Part shown: positions 49,948 to 64,000 of the stretch, one piece after another
Numbering within the stretch: position 1 is the stretch's first letter
Layout: each line of letters begins with the position of its first letter
Source of the DNA: the human T2T-CHM13v2.0 reference genome, Homo sapiens
Length of the DNA: 64,000 bases
Reading direction: 5' to 3' (one strand)
NCBI RefSeq assembly: GCF_009914755.1
Contig: NC_060926.1
Made by a program: the position numbers and the translations under genes
Notes under the pieces: generated by a model
Database searches by the model: none
Told to the model about the DNA's origin: nothing
Seen by the model: only the letters and a program-made list of their open reading frames with translations

Positions 49948-51534
49948 GTTTGAGTATTGATATTGGTAAATATCAAATCTTGATTATATATATTCCAATA
50001 AAAATAATTATTTTAAAGTGATTTTTGACTTGGGTTCCCAAAATACTTGTGCATCTATCATTTTACAATAAATCTGAGATGTAGGCAAGTCAGAAATTAT
50101 TCCTACTTAAAATATGAAAAAAATCAAGAAATCAAGAATTTTAGATTGCATACTAAGTTAGCAGAAGAGAAATTATACATAAGGTACTTTCAACTCTCTC
50201 CCAGTTATTTGGCTAATTTTAAAATTAGCCTTTTGCCCTGTACACTTCAGTGTAATTGTGACATCCAGGAGCACAGTGAATGGCATTGTGACACAACATG
50301 GAACTACCTGCAGCCACTTTCACATTAAACGTCTTCACCTCCTGAGCTAACTCACTTCCCTTTACTGCAACAGACAGCTAACCATAGTTCAATGCTTTCC
50401 TGTCATTCAAACACTGTAATCTTCTTTCTGTAGTTGTTTAGGTCTTCATCCTTTCTCAGTACAACTTTTTACAACGGCCAACAGGTTCTCGGGTATACCC
50501 AACAGGTTGACTTCCACTTGGGAGAAAATTCCAAAGTAGTGATCTCTTCAGGCTTGTCATGCTAATTCCATGCTCAAGAGCTTCTAAAAGCTCCCAGCAG
50601 CAAAAGTTTTTACTCTTTTGCTAAGTTTTCAATGCTCCCACGGTTGGTCTCACCTTACCCATTTAATTTTATTTCTCTTCCCTCTACCAATAATTAATTT
50701 TTTCCAGGAAGACTGTCTTCCTTATACTAGCTTCACTTCCCCTTCAATAATAGCACTTAGAATTTCTGTTTTTGCTCATTAATCCTTTAATGCTCCTGCG
50801 AACCAAGCCCAGGATCAAGACAACATATTTGGCCATGGTAGAGCCAATATTCAAACCTAGGTGTGTGTAGCACTGAAGCCACTGCTCTTAGCTATTATAC
50901 CAACTATATTAGTAATTCAATTACATTAAAATGGGCTAAATGACCCACGATTGTATGCTCAGATTGGTTAAAAGAAAACATCTAAATGCATTTACAAGAG
51001 ACACATCTAAAATATATGGATACAAAAAGATGAAAAGTTATAGGATGGAATTATAAACACACTCACAAAGCTGGTGTAGTTAAACTCTAAAACAAAAACC
51101 ATTATTAGAAACAAAGAGGGACACTTGATAATTATAAAAGGTTCAGTTTGCCAGAGAAATATAACAATTTTGATATATCTAATACATAGCTTCAAAATAG
51201 AGAAAATAAAAATTAGCAGACCTACAAGGAAAAATGAATAAATCTATAACAGTGGAATATTTCAACATACTATCAATAACTAATAGAATAAGTAGATAAA
51301 ATACCTTTGATTTAAAAGATTTAAACAATATAATCAGCAAATTTGAACAGGCATTATATGGAACTCTATACTCCCAAACAAGAAAGAATACTTATTCTTT
51401 TTAAATACAAAAGTGAATTATTTATAAGTGAATAATAGTGAAAATACAGTTATTAAAACTTGAAGGAATAAAGTGAGTTGCTTAGAGAGAAATTTATACC
51501 CCATAGAGATATAGTCTCTAAAAAAAAAAAACTG

Positions 51535-51689
51535 CCAGAATGGTAGCACACACCTGTAATTCTAGCTACTCAGGAAGCTGAAGTGGGAAGATTGCCTGAA
51601 CCCAGGAGTTCCAGGTTACAGTGACCTATGATCATGCCACTGCCCTCCGGCGACAGAGTGACCTTGTCTCAAAAAAAAAAAAAAAAAAG
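51535..51689 (+). mobile_element. Alu right arm / FRAM
   Basis: Single arm with poly(A). Confidence 0.8.
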
Positions 51690-52201
51690 TAAAGAAACAA
51701 CAAACAAGTATAAATAGAAAATCCAAATAGCATTATGTTATTTAATCTATGAATAAAAACCTTCCCATAAAGAAAACTCTAGGTTCAGATTGTTTCTTTG
51801 GTGAATTCTACCAGACATTTAAGGAAGAAATAATGATCAATCTTATACAAACTCTTCTTGACACTAGAAAACAAAGGAGTACTCATTAGCTTGTTTCATG
51901 AGGTCAGCAAAACCTGACATGAATATTACAGAAAGAAAAATTTCTTTTAAATTACTTTTAAATATAAATATACTTTTAAATATAAATACAAAAATCCCTA
52001 AACAACATTTTAATATACTGTATTTAGTAATATATAAAAAGGTCAATATCTCATGACCAGGTTGGGTTTATGCCAGGATTACAAGGTTTCCTTAACAGTA
52101 GAAGGCCAATCCTTATAATTTACCTTACTAACAGAGTAAAAGAGAAAAATCATATGATTATCTCAACAGATACAGAAGCCACCCCTGCCACCAGCCCATG
52201 C

Positions 52202-52495
52202 TTTTTTTTTTAAGACAGAGTCTTGCTCTGTCACCCAGTCTGGAGTGCAATAATAGCACAATCTTAGCTCACTGCAACCTCTGCCTCCTGGGTTCAAGTG
52301 ATTCTCCTGCCTCAGCCTCCTGAGTAGCTGGGATTATAGGTGTGTGCCACCAAGCCTGGCTAATTTTTGTATTTTTAGTAGAGATGGGGTTTCGCCATAT
52401 TGGCAAGGCTGGTCTTGAACTCCTGGCCTCAAGTTATCTGCCTGCCTCCGCCTCCCAAAGTGCTGGGATTACGAGCGTGAGCCACCATGCCCGGC
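52202..52495 (-). mobile_element. Alu (AluS) inside old L1
   Basis: Reverse Alu consensus. Confidence 0.92.
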
Positions 52496-55400
52496 AAGAA
52501 AAAACATTTGCTAAAATTCAATATCCATTCATGATAAAAACTGTTGGCAAATTATGATCAAAAGTGGAGTTCCTTAATCTGCTAAAAGGTTTATTAAAAA
52601 AGCAAAACATCAGAACCCTACTTCAAACAATGGCAAAATGTGGAGAGATTTCCCTTGGAAATCAGGAACATTATAAGGTTGCCATCATCTAAACTTCTAT
52701 TCAACATTGTACTGGAGGTCCTAGCCAGCTGGGTAAGGCAAGAAAAAGCACAAGATATAACAATTGAAATGGAAGAAATCAACTGTCATTATTCACAAAT
52801 GATATAATTCTATGTAAAAGATCTAGAAGAATATATAATAGTTAAGATAGTGTGATACTGATACAAAGTTGATAGATAAACCAATGGAACAGAATAGAGA
52901 GCCCAGCAATACATCAGTGCTTATATGGACACTCGATCTATGACAGAGGTGGCAATGTCAAACAAGAGCTTTTCAACAAGTGGTGCTGAGACAACCCCCC
53001 ATACCAATGTGGGGGAAAAAAAAAAAACTTGACCTCTACTCCATAAACACCAAAATCAATTCCAGGTGAACTATAGATATAAATATGAAAGGCAAATCGA
53101 TATAGATATGAAAGTCAAAAAAGCCTTATAAAAATAAGGCTTCTAGAAGATAATACAGGAGAATTACCTTCACTACCTCAAAGCAGAAAAAGATATCTTA
53201 AACAGAACACAAAAAATGTCAAATAAAGGAAAAGGTTGGTAAATTTGGTCACAATGAAAGTTAGATCTATTGCTCTTCAAATATCACTATTAGGCAAATA
53301 AAAAGGCAAATCACATAATGAAATTAGAAATTTGCAATACATCTATCTGAAAAAGGCTCATATCTGAAATATATAAATAATTCTTACAAATCAATAAGAC
53401 GATGACAGGTAACCAACTGAAAGATGAATAAGAGCCTTGAACAGGAGTTTCACAAATAACGACATCCAAATAGTCAACAAACACATAAAAAGGTGCTTGA
53501 TCTCATTAGTAATCAGGGAACTGCAAATTAAAACCACAATAAGATAATAGTACACATCTACCAGAGTGACTGAAACTAACTAGACTGACAATAACACATA
53601 TTAGAGCAATGGGAACTTTCATACACTGCTAGGGCAGCAAATTTTGTAAAATCCCTTTGGAAAATAGATTGGTGTTTCATTATCTATTACAGTTAAGCAC
53701 AGTTAAACATATGTACACTTTCTGACCTAGGAATTCCACTCTTAGATGGATACTCAACAGAAATTCACATGCCTGTACACCTAGAGACATCTACAACAAT
53801 GTGCATAGTAACGCCTATCCATAGTAGTATGAAACTGGAAACACTTCGAATGTCCATGTCTATTAATTGTCGAAAAGATAAACTCTGATATATGGATTTA
53901 ATAGAATACTATACAGCAAATAAAATAAATGCACAACTACAACGTTATTAAAACTCATAAAGATAATGTTGAATGAAAGAAACCAGACACAAAAGAACAT
54001 ATCATAATCTTCTATTTATATAAATGCAAAAAACAGGAGCAGGTAAAAGATATATGCTTAGTTGATAAAACCATAAAAAACAAACAAGGAAGTGCTTATC
54101 ATACATCTAGGACAATGGTTACCTTTGGTGGCAGGGAGAGTGCATAAAGTGATTGGGAGAGAGCATAAGGGGGACTTCTGGATTCTGTAATGTTCTATTT
54201 CCTGACCTAGATGGTAGATTAAAGGTGCTTGATTTGTGATAATTTATGCTTTGGTTCACTTTTCTCTGTGTTATATTTCACAAAAAAGGGTATAAAAATC
54301 CAAGAATTCCTATATTTAGGGATCACTCAGAAGCTCAGAAGACAAGTAATGAAAATCAGAGCAATAAAGAAATTTGGTGCATGATTCCAGGAGTTAATCT
54401 ATCCTATTTAGACTTTTTTTTGTGCCTCAAGTTAGAAGATGTCATGAATGCAAATAAATCCACTCCATTGAAAATTACAGGTCATACATTCACTGCTTGT
54501 TTCTGTGCATGTGGTCTGTTCTCAATTAAGAGCCAAGTGTCCCAGGACTCAGAAAGGACAGGTTTGTTGAGATGGCCCACCTAAAAGTGATATTCACTGA
54601 GGTTTTAATTTTTGTGGAAATCACAAGAATCTCGATGGACTTGGCTTCATATGAAATATCTGTTCCTCTGGTAGCATGAATTCAGGGTATCCTGCTTGGG
54701 TTCTACTTTTGTATGGAGAGGTGGTAGGAAACTCTTCATCAAGGTCACCTTCATCCTTATTCCCACTAATAGTATTACATAATTTTTTTCCCACTTACGG
54801 ACTGACTTCTAACTAGCCTGATTATACCATGTAAATGAGGCATTGGCTTAAACACTTTTGCATCTCATAGCACCTAGTAGTGAATTAGGTACATGATAGG
54901 CTTTCAACAAATGCTTTTACCGTCTATATGTTTTCATTATTGTACACATATTTAAAATATATACAATCAGTAGTTTTCCTACTGGTACATAATTTTGGTT
55001 TACATTAAGCTTTTCATCACCCAGAAGAAAGCTTTTTGTTACTCTGTTAATATCTGCAAAATTTATAAATTTTTGCCTTCTGAGAGTTGGCAAGAAGCAT
55101 ATCTATAACTTAATTTGGACAAGGAAGCAGTTAACTACATTTACATTTAAAGTATTTTAGTAGTGTCAGATTGAGCACTCCAGGGAGTCAGGCAAAAATT
55201 AACAGATCCTTCCGAGCTTGACTGGATAGTGCTCGAACAATCGCTTAAGATCTGGAGATCTAGCACAAAAATCAAGTCCTCCTCATTGTCTGCCTTTTCT
55301 CAGAACCATTAAATAGTTATTTTACATTAGTCAAACAACTCTTAGAATGTCTTAACTTTTTTACAGAGCCTGTGTTACAAAGGAGGTGGTGAATCAGAAA

Positions 55401-55759
55401 GGAGGTAACTGCATAGGCTTGGAAACCTTACGGAAACCCTTTTTCTTACCATTCCCAAAACTTACCTTTGACTTGCACATTACATAGAAATAAACTTATT
55501 TCTGATGGTTGGATCTGCAAGATGGCTTGTAAAAGCCTATCTAATCCATAATGTACTGGAAATGGTATTATTTTGACCACACCTAATCATTTATAGCATT
55601 TTTTTTTCTGACAAAAATACATTTACAGCCCTAGGTCAGTATGCAAGGGACAAATACTTCTCGCATATTTTTCTTCTCCATACCCCAGTGTGGGTTATAA
55701 CAGTAGTATGGGAAAAGTAAGGTTGATATCTCCAGGCACCAGTAACTTAAACTCTACAA

Positions 55760-55937
55760 CTGTGCTATCAAATATAGTCACCATGATCCACATAAGGCCA
55801 TTTAAATTTAAATTAATTAATTAAAATTAAAAATTCAGTTTCTCAGTTATCCTAGCCACATTTCAAGTGCTCATAGTCACATATAACTAGCAGTGACAGT
55901 ACAGATACAGAACATTCCCATCATCTTGGAAAGTGCT
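55760..55937. mobile_element. MER3-like hAT MITE
   Basis: Same core as 22626 copy (aaattaaaaattcagtttctcag...cacatttcaagtgctc). Confidence 0.7.
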
Positions 55938-55983
55938 CTTCTATGAGGTAACTTTCTACATTAAATATTAGCTAGGCATTTTC

Positions 55984-56019
55984 CCTTCCTTCCTTCCTTC
56001 TTTCTTTCCCTTTTCTTTG

Positions 56020-56050
<31 letters not shown>

Positions 56051-56116
56051 GACAAGGTCTCACTCTGTTGCCCAGGATGGAGTGCAGTGGCACAGTCTCG
56101 GCTCACTGGAACCTCC
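55984..56116 (-). mobile_element. Severely 5'-truncated Alu with long composite tail
   Basis: Perfect 17-bp TSD attagctaggcattttc at 55967-55983 and 56117-56133. Confidence 0.88.
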
Positions 56117-57829
56117 ATTAGCTAGGCATTTTCACATGGGGGAAAAGAGGAAAACAGTTCCTATGGGGACTGTGGCTCAGTGTCTCTCCCCAGATTCAAA
56201 GTGACGAGTCACTTATAAATTAAGTATAAGTCTCAGATTCTTATGTGGGATATGAACTCTGTCTTCATGGAGTTTATGGCCTACTGGGAGTAACAGACAT
56301 GAGTAAATGAAAAGTTAATTAACATATAAAGGCAGTATATGATAAATGATAAGCAAGAGGATAAATTCTCAGGGAAAGAATAGATTTAAGAGACACAGAG
56401 GATAATGTACTGTTGATGTACTTAATATAAAAAGCAAAAGAGGAAAAGGCTGAAAATAACCCTGAGGTTGATGGAACAGGATGACAGTGGCACTTTGGTG
56501 GACTATAGGGAAGCATAAAAGGGAGGGGAAAATGAGCTCAGTTTCTACCCCATTCAAGGAAGCACATGGAGAATCACGGGATTACATTCTTGCAAAAACA
56601 AAAAATGACCTACTGTATCAAAGGCTACAGGACATCTCAATTCAATAACTGATAGGTCTAGACAGCTGTTATCATATTTCTCTGCAACAACTTCATCAGT
56701 GACATCTGAGATTGGATTCTAAAGATACAGGAGGAAGTAAAACATGAGGAAATGGAGGTAATGCCTAGATGAACTGAGGGGATAGTATACAGGAATAATT
56801 CTTGGCTCATTAATTATTGGATTGAGCCACCTCCATCTATCTGTTTTGGAGACTGCTTTATCAGGTCAGAGGAGATGAGTGTGACTTTCTTCAGATTGTG
56901 CAAGACAAAAAGAACACCATTAGAATTATGTACATGACACTGGAAGGCAAAGTGGGTTTTAAAATTTTAAAATAAGAGACAATTCCTCTAATTGACAACA
57001 AAATCAAGTAAAGGAAAGGAAGCTAGGATTTTTCTTCTGTTATCAAACATGTAGGAGCATATAGCCACTTTTCTGGTCATCAGTTGAATACTGAAAATGT
57101 CAGTCAGGTGCAACTTCTTTGTTGTGAGGGTAGGCAACAAAGTATGCAAAAGCCAGAAACTAGTGGCTTGCAGGCTTTGATATTTAATTTTACAAGATCA
57201 ACTAAAGATTCTCTTTTTTCAGTCATAAATACCTAGGAAAGTGCTATATGTGTTTCATGTTCTTGCACCTCATGAATGAGGTCGTGATAGCTGTGGTGAC
57301 AATCTCTGAAATTCTTCCCAGAACTCAATCCTTAAGAACCAGGAGTATAGTTTATAATTAAAGTGAAAATTTATTTTAGAAAGTTCAATTTTAGAATCTA
57401 TAAAATAAAAAACAAAAACCCCAAGCCTACGTAAGTAATTTTAACGTAAAATGTTAATGGCCCCAAACTCTAATGGTGGAATAAGGACAATAACATGAAG
57501 TATATGATATTTGAGATAAAATATAGCTATTTAAGAAAAGCTTCTTACTCTCCTTGAGCCTTCATCTATAAAATAAGGATAATAAAACTGTGTCATTGTG
57601 TTACTGCAAAGATTGATTAAATAGATACGTATAAGATGCCTAGGTTATGGCCATTTTTTATATTTAACAAATTCCTAATTCTTTCTTGTTTCTACAACTG
57701 TACTAAATTATTTTAATAGCTGCAAAAGTATTTTAACATATTGACTAACCATTTCTCTGTTGCTAGACATTTGGACTGTTTTCAATGGTTTGGTATCTCT
57801 TCGTATATAAATTTCAGAGGACATTCGGA

Positions 57830-58022
57830 CCTCCTGTAAAGGCCAGGTAATACATATTTTGGGGCTTCTGGGACCACATAAGGTCTCTGTTGCATATTCT
57901 TTTAAAAAATTTCTTGTTTTCTTTTAACAACCCTTCTCAAATACAAAAACCATTAGCATGAGGGCTGTGTAAAAACAGGCCACAGACTAGAGCTGGCCCT
58001 CCAACAGCAATTTGCTTAGCCC
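57830..58022. mobile_element. MER58B-like hAT MITE
   Basis: ctgtaaaggccagg...ggtctctgttgcatattc...caaaaaccatt. Confidence 0.6.
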
Positions 58023-58766
58023 TTAATTGAGAGTTTTTAACCAGTCTGGGCCTCTTTGGAAGTTCACTCTAAAGGCATAATCTCAATTTTAGAAGCTGGC
58101 AACACCCAAGAGAGCAATTGTTAGTCTCTAGTCCCATGGATGTGGTGTTCTTCAGATTCCTCTGCCAATATTTTTCTTGTTAGGAAAGCATGATGTGAAA
58201 GTGGTGACAGGATGGAGAATGACAATGGCCAGTGTATGTGAGTTTTTGTCTAAGCTAATTCTTACGCAAGACACCGGCTGAAAAACAGGTGAGGAGCACT
58301 TTTCACGTGCTATCTTCCAGAAATGAATTCAATCTGTAAATAACTGAGATGTCTTCACAGCTCTTGGGTAATTTTTGTCTGTAGCAATAAGAAACTTTAT
58401 CTCTATTAAAGTTAGGAAGGGGTTAGGATCCAGTAATGAATGAAATGAGAACTTAAGTTGCAACTCAGTTTCTGTACTTACTTGTGATCTAGCATTAAAC
58501 ACAGTGCCAGGCACGAAATAGGTGGTGAGAAATAAGAAAATGATAGAGCTATTTGCTCTAATGGTTAGAGGCAATGATGGTCAGCTTTGAGTTACTTTGG
58601 TGACCCCGCAGGGAGGAAGAGCACAGGTGGAACATTAGAATCTCTTTCAGGAAAAGGATGCCGCTGGATCCATCAGGTCCAGTAGCACTGCCCATTTCTC
58701 CTGCTCCAAGGCATCTGCCCTCGAAAGCCCCCAGGCCACACCCGAGGACACCACCCAGGGTTCTAG

Positions 58767-59324
<558 letters not shown>

Positions 59325-60022
59325 TGAGTAGCGGTATGTGGAAGGAGTTAGCGTCGAGGGACCAGGCCGGGCCTGTGCTGCAGGAGGGCACAGGCGAGGT
59401 GGGAAGGGAAGTGACACGGGTGGGCGGAAGGCATCCCGGTCCCTGAAAGTAGGGACCCACCTCTCTTTCGAGAGAGTGGACTAGACCCTGGATTCTGTCA
59501 GGAAGGGGGCGGGATGGGATGGTGGATTTTGGTCACTATGTGAGGGTAACAGGCTTGAAGAACTCTCGTTGGAGAAGGGTTTAAAGGATTCCTTTTTCCT
59601 GAGCTTTTAGTGCCAGGAATTCATTTTTTATCTTGAATTAATACTTCTGGTGCTGAGGTCTTGGAATGGGTAGCAGAGGTTCTATTTTTCTCCGAGGAGA
59701 TATAAATTTGTACTAGATGATAGATCATAGGAATCTCTCTCATTCGCGAAAGCCTGCTGTGGGGGAAACTGGTGGTGCCCTGGAAAAAGGTGCTGACTGG
59801 TTTCTGTGGGGTAAGTTCCACTTGCTTAGGATCAAGATGTATTGACTTTGAGGGAGGAAACCGATGAATGGTAAGAAGCCATAAACTGCAAACACTAGCT
59901 AGTGGTTTAAGGTGTGGTGGTATAGCTACTGAGCTCTGTGTAACCAGAAGCTAAAAGACAAGAGTCTAACCGATGAGGGATGTTTGTAAGAGACCTTGAC
60001 TTTCGATGTTTTTGGAGAAATC

Positions 60023-60094
60023 TTTTTTTTTTTTTTTTGTATTTTTAGTAGAGACAGGGTTTCACCGTGTTAGCCAGGATGGTCTCGATCTCCT
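60023..60094 (-). mobile_element. AluY left-arm fragment ending in extended middle A-linker
   Basis: T-run plus gtatttttagtagagacagggtttcaccgtgttagccaggatggtctcgatctcct. Confidence 0.85.
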
Positions 60095-62164
60095 CAATCT
60101 CTGATGAAGGCTATTAGGAGAAGCTACTTTCTGACGTGTGGCTTTGTCACCGTGGATAAATGGATAAACCGAGAGTGAAAAAAATAAGTAGCTAATGTTT
60201 AAAGTGTACTTTTAAGTGTGCCAAAGTGTGCTAAATCCTTTGTTTCTTCCCAAGCTATGAGGTATGTGCGGTTTTCTCCCATTTTACAGATGAATAAATT
60301 AAGTCTGCTGGAGTCTTAGCAGATATGCTGTGTGACAGGTTAGAATTTGAAAGCACATCAAATTGACTTCATGGCCAAGTTCCTAAGCTATACTTGCTTC
60401 TGATGAATTAATTCAACATACATGAGTCTTTACAAAATACACACTGTACCAGCAATACAGAAATTTAAAAATACGGTATTTACTCTTAAGGAAGGAATAG
60501 CTTAGTAGGTAAAATTATAATACAGCGTTATAAGAAACTTAACTGGGAACTATACCACCTGGTCATTTAACCCAGTTTTGGGTTTGTGTTTGTTAGTGCA
60601 AAGATGTTCCAAAGTAAAGATTGTCTGAGTAAATTTTGGATGTTTGCATTACTAATAGTTTGCCAAAGGGGGAAATTGTTCTTGGCATACAAACAGTATG
60701 TTCACAGGTAAAGAAGTGAGAGACAAATTAGGGAACTGCTGAGACTCAAGTGTAGTAGGAGAGGGTGAGAATGACAGGGGACGAAGACTGGAGAGGTGAA
60801 TCTTGTTTACAGGATTTTACGTGGGGCAATACATGATTAGATTTACCTTTGATAAAGGTCACACTGGGAGCAAATTGAAGACAGTTGAGCATTTTGGCAG
60901 TATAATGGCTGGGAACATAGACCTGGATTTCAATTTCCACTACACCGTTACAGCTCTATGATCTTGGGCAAATCACTTAACCTCTGAGAGTTTCAGTCAC
61001 CGTCATTTGTAAAAACGGGAACAGTAATCCTGTTTTGCAGTGTTGCTGTGAGAATTGAAAAAAATAGAGTTAAATGATCAAGTGTTTAGTGCAATGCCTG
61101 TTACATAACCTTCCAAAGAATGGTAGCTGCAATTTTCACAGTGTCTAAAGGCAGAGAGACTAGGAGACTATTATTCCAGGGAGAAATGCTGGGATTCTGA
61201 ACTAAGGCATATTATTGGGAGTAGACAACTTAATTGAGAAAATGCTAGGAGGTAAATTTTCCATAACTTGGTTACTGAGTGGTGGGGAGGGGAGGAATAA
61301 AGGATTTCATCTCGTCTCCTGGCTTCAATTGAGGTTATATTATTAATAGCTGTCATTAGGTTTAAAATTTTCTAAATGGTTTCATGTACATTTATGTGTT
61401 CTCATTTGTATGCATATATGTGATTGTACATTTTATGTAGATTCACACTCTTAGAACCAAGTAAGGAGGGCAGGTTTTCCTTATGGTTAGATTTAATGGC
61501 TTGGTTTACAGCATTCAGAGAAAAAATAGTAACGTTTGTAAGGCACACCAAGATGATGGTTGAAGGTGACTGGTCAGGGATGCCCTGTGTGGCTGCTCCA
61601 AGGACTGAAGGCATCGATAGTTCAGGCACGACTGTAACCCATTTGTTGCATAGGTTACAGCTGGTGGGAAGCCCTGGTCTTTGGTTCGGGGTTAGACGAC
61701 TAGTGGTAAAATCTAGTCCTGTACTGGTACTTTGAGATTTTCATCAAAATATGAGGGAACACAGAAACTTGTATTAGATGACACATCAAAAGCTTCCACA
61801 GAGGGTGATATACTTGATAGATAATCATGAGGAACCCAAGTCTCCCTTCTACTTCCTACTTAGCTGGGCCTGCAGTTGCCAGCTACAGAATCCAGCCTAA
61901 AGGGAAGATAAATGATAGAGGAAGAAGGAACCACAGTATATATCTAATAAGGTGTGAGTATGCCTATATGTCAATTATTTTGGAATAATTTTGTGATTTG
62001 TGTATTATTCCTTCCCTTTTGTTACTTTGGATGATAACATTGCTTGTAATTGTTTTATCACATGGTTGTTTTATCACATGGTTGGTTATATCACATGGCC
62101 TGGAGTAGTGACTTCTTGAAATGCCATATTTTCATTCCTGTTACAGAATAGTCATGCATATGTT

Positions 62165-63000
62165 TCAACATTTATAGAGTAGTTGCTTTATGAAGGTCCT
62201 GTCCTAGGCATTGGAGGTAAAGAGATGAATAAGTAGTCTTCAGCCTCAAAGAGTTCACAATCTAGGAAGTGAGAGACACAGTGCAGTTTGATTAGAGCCA
62301 CTGTAGATACAGGTACAAATGTAGCACAAAGGAAAGACTGACTTACTCTATATGGGGGTGGGAGGGTGGGGGTGGTCAGAGGAAGCTTTCTGGAGAAGAT
62401 TTTAAAATGTGGATGGTATTTTGAGAGTTTATATTCCAGGCAAAGGGAACAGCATATGACAAAGCAAGGGGCCATGAAAGTGCATATCGTATTTACATAA
62501 CTAGGTGATTTAGTATTGGTAGAGGTGAGAATAAAATGAAAGGAGGGCAGTGGCAGGTCATGGAGGTCTTTGGCTTGTGGGTTATCAGTCCATTCGTTCA
62601 TGCATTCATTCATGCTTATAAAATATAGCAGTGAACAAAAACTCTGCCCTATGGAACTTATATTCTAGCTGGAGTGGAGACAGTGAACAAACAACTAATA
62701 TAGTATGTCAGGTAGTGATAAATATAAAGAAAAATGAAGCAGCTGAAGGGGCTTGGTGATAGAGAACCCTTGAAGGAATTAAGCTGGGAAGAGACATGAT
62801 CAGATTGGGTTTGGGTTTGAGAGAAGTCACTCCAGCTACAGTGTTAAGAATGGATTGGAGAACGGTAAGGATGGACATAGATCAGTTAGAGGAGATCAGT
62901 TAGAGGAGGCTGTTGTAACACAATAGGCGAGAAATAATGAAGAATTAAACTAAGATGATGGCAATGAGAATAGGGAGGAAATGATGTGTGTGAGAGTTTT
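62165..63000 (-). mobile_element. L2 fragments (one nested in another at about 62590-62750)
   Basis: L2 3' end signatures caacattta...cctaggcattgga and cattcattcatg. Confidence 0.6.
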
Positions 63001-63204
63001 AGAAGTTCATTAGGTGACACCATTAAAGTTTAATCACACTTTAAAACTATGTAACTAAATTAATGCCACAGGAGTTTGGAGACTGAATGACAATAGAAAA
63101 GGGATGACACAGTCCAGAGGAATGTGGACATTTCAGAGGGCTGACCAAACAAAACCTGCTGTTTACTTATCACATGGTCTCCTATGAAGTTGGCACCAAT
63201 TACT

Positions 63205-63521
63205 TCTTTTTCTTTTCTTTTTTCTTTTTTTTTTTTTTGCTATGGAGTCTTGCTCTGTCTCCCAGGCTAGAGTGAAGTGGCGCGATCTCAGCTCACTGCA
63301 ACTTCCTGCCTCCCGGGTTCAAGCGATTCTCCTGCCTCAGCCTCCAGAGTAGCTGGGATTACAGAGCCTGCCACTGTGCCCGGCTAAGTTTTGTATTTTT
63401 AGTAGAGATGGGGTTTCACCATCTTGGCCAGGCTGGTCTCGAACCCCTGACCTAGTGATCCACCCACCTCAGACTCTCAAAGTGCTAGGATTACAGGCAT
63501 GAGCCACCACGTCTGGCCGGC
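63205..63521 (-). mobile_element. Alu (AluSc/Sg-like)
   Basis: TSD ccaattacttct. Confidence 0.92.
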
Positions 63522-64000
63522 TCCAATTACTTCTATCCCGGAACATATGTTCTCATTATTTGAAGTTGCTGAGCAGAGTATTGAAGTGACAGTTTACTCT
63601 TGGATCCTCCCTTTTTCCTTAAGTGCATGTTACCCATGTACAGTTTTTCTTTTGACTTTGCTTCTAAGTGCAATTTTAGATCCTTAAAAATCATAGTAAA
63701 TGTCAATTACATATGTGACACTTTTACGTCTTGGTTTTGGATTTTTTTCAGTTTTTTTTTTTTTTAAGGCTCTTGTGGTCTTACGAAAAAGAGAAGAAAA
63801 AATACCATGTTAACTTTCATTCTTCCACACTGCTAACCTCTTTCCCAGTTATAACTTTGGCTCCAACCTCATTGTGGTTTGCATTAGTCAGAACTGCTCA
63901 ATGGCAGTTTTTACGGAGGTTATAAATGTTCAGGTCAAAAGAATGATTAAGAACGCCACTAATTGTTTAGTCTACTTGCTTATAATGTCACTTACAAATG

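Larger units (their letters stand above)
50920..54290 (+). mobile_element. Highly diverged old L1 (L1MD/ME-type) ORF2 and 3'UTR fragments
   Basis: A-rich strand with degraded EN, RT and C-terminal ORF2 motifs (ctattcaacattgtactggaggtcctagcc; aatcagggaactgcaaattaaaaccacaa). Confidence 0.75.

Noticed and set aside
62188-62613. 141-aa minus-strand ORF antisense to AGPS intron 1
   Set aside because: Lies within decayed L2 sequence and starts in an (ATGA)n L2 tail; no recognisable domain.

Overview
Human (primate) genomic DNA, repeat-rich, at the AGPS locus. The only intact protein-coding sequence is exon 1 of AGPS (+, ATG 59064, donor after 59323, PTS2 signal RLRVLSGHL) in a CpG island. That island also has a DR1 nuclear-receptor element and a perfect minus-strand splice donor, which fits a divergent transcript running toward NFE2L2. 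The rest is mostly transposons: about 25 Alus, a near-full-length L1PA7/8-type element, L1PB/L1M fragments, L2/MIR, an ERVL remnant, MaLR LTRs, hAT MITEs and a MER85. It also holds an H3F3A processed pseudogene, a U13 snoRNA copy and a 2.4-kb compound minisatellite. Most interesting: (1) the unique patches between repeats contain a chain of splice-site-bounded, partly phase-compatible minus-strand reading frames. These look like a decayed multi-exon protein-coding gene (candidate unitary pseudogene) with C-terminal motifs resembling CCDC87/MAP65-ASE1. (2) The long L1 has a 5'UTR deletion lying exactly on L1 splice sites, so it was probably retrotransposed from a spliced RNA. Repeat subfamily calls and protein similarities come from recalled consensus sequences, not computed searches.
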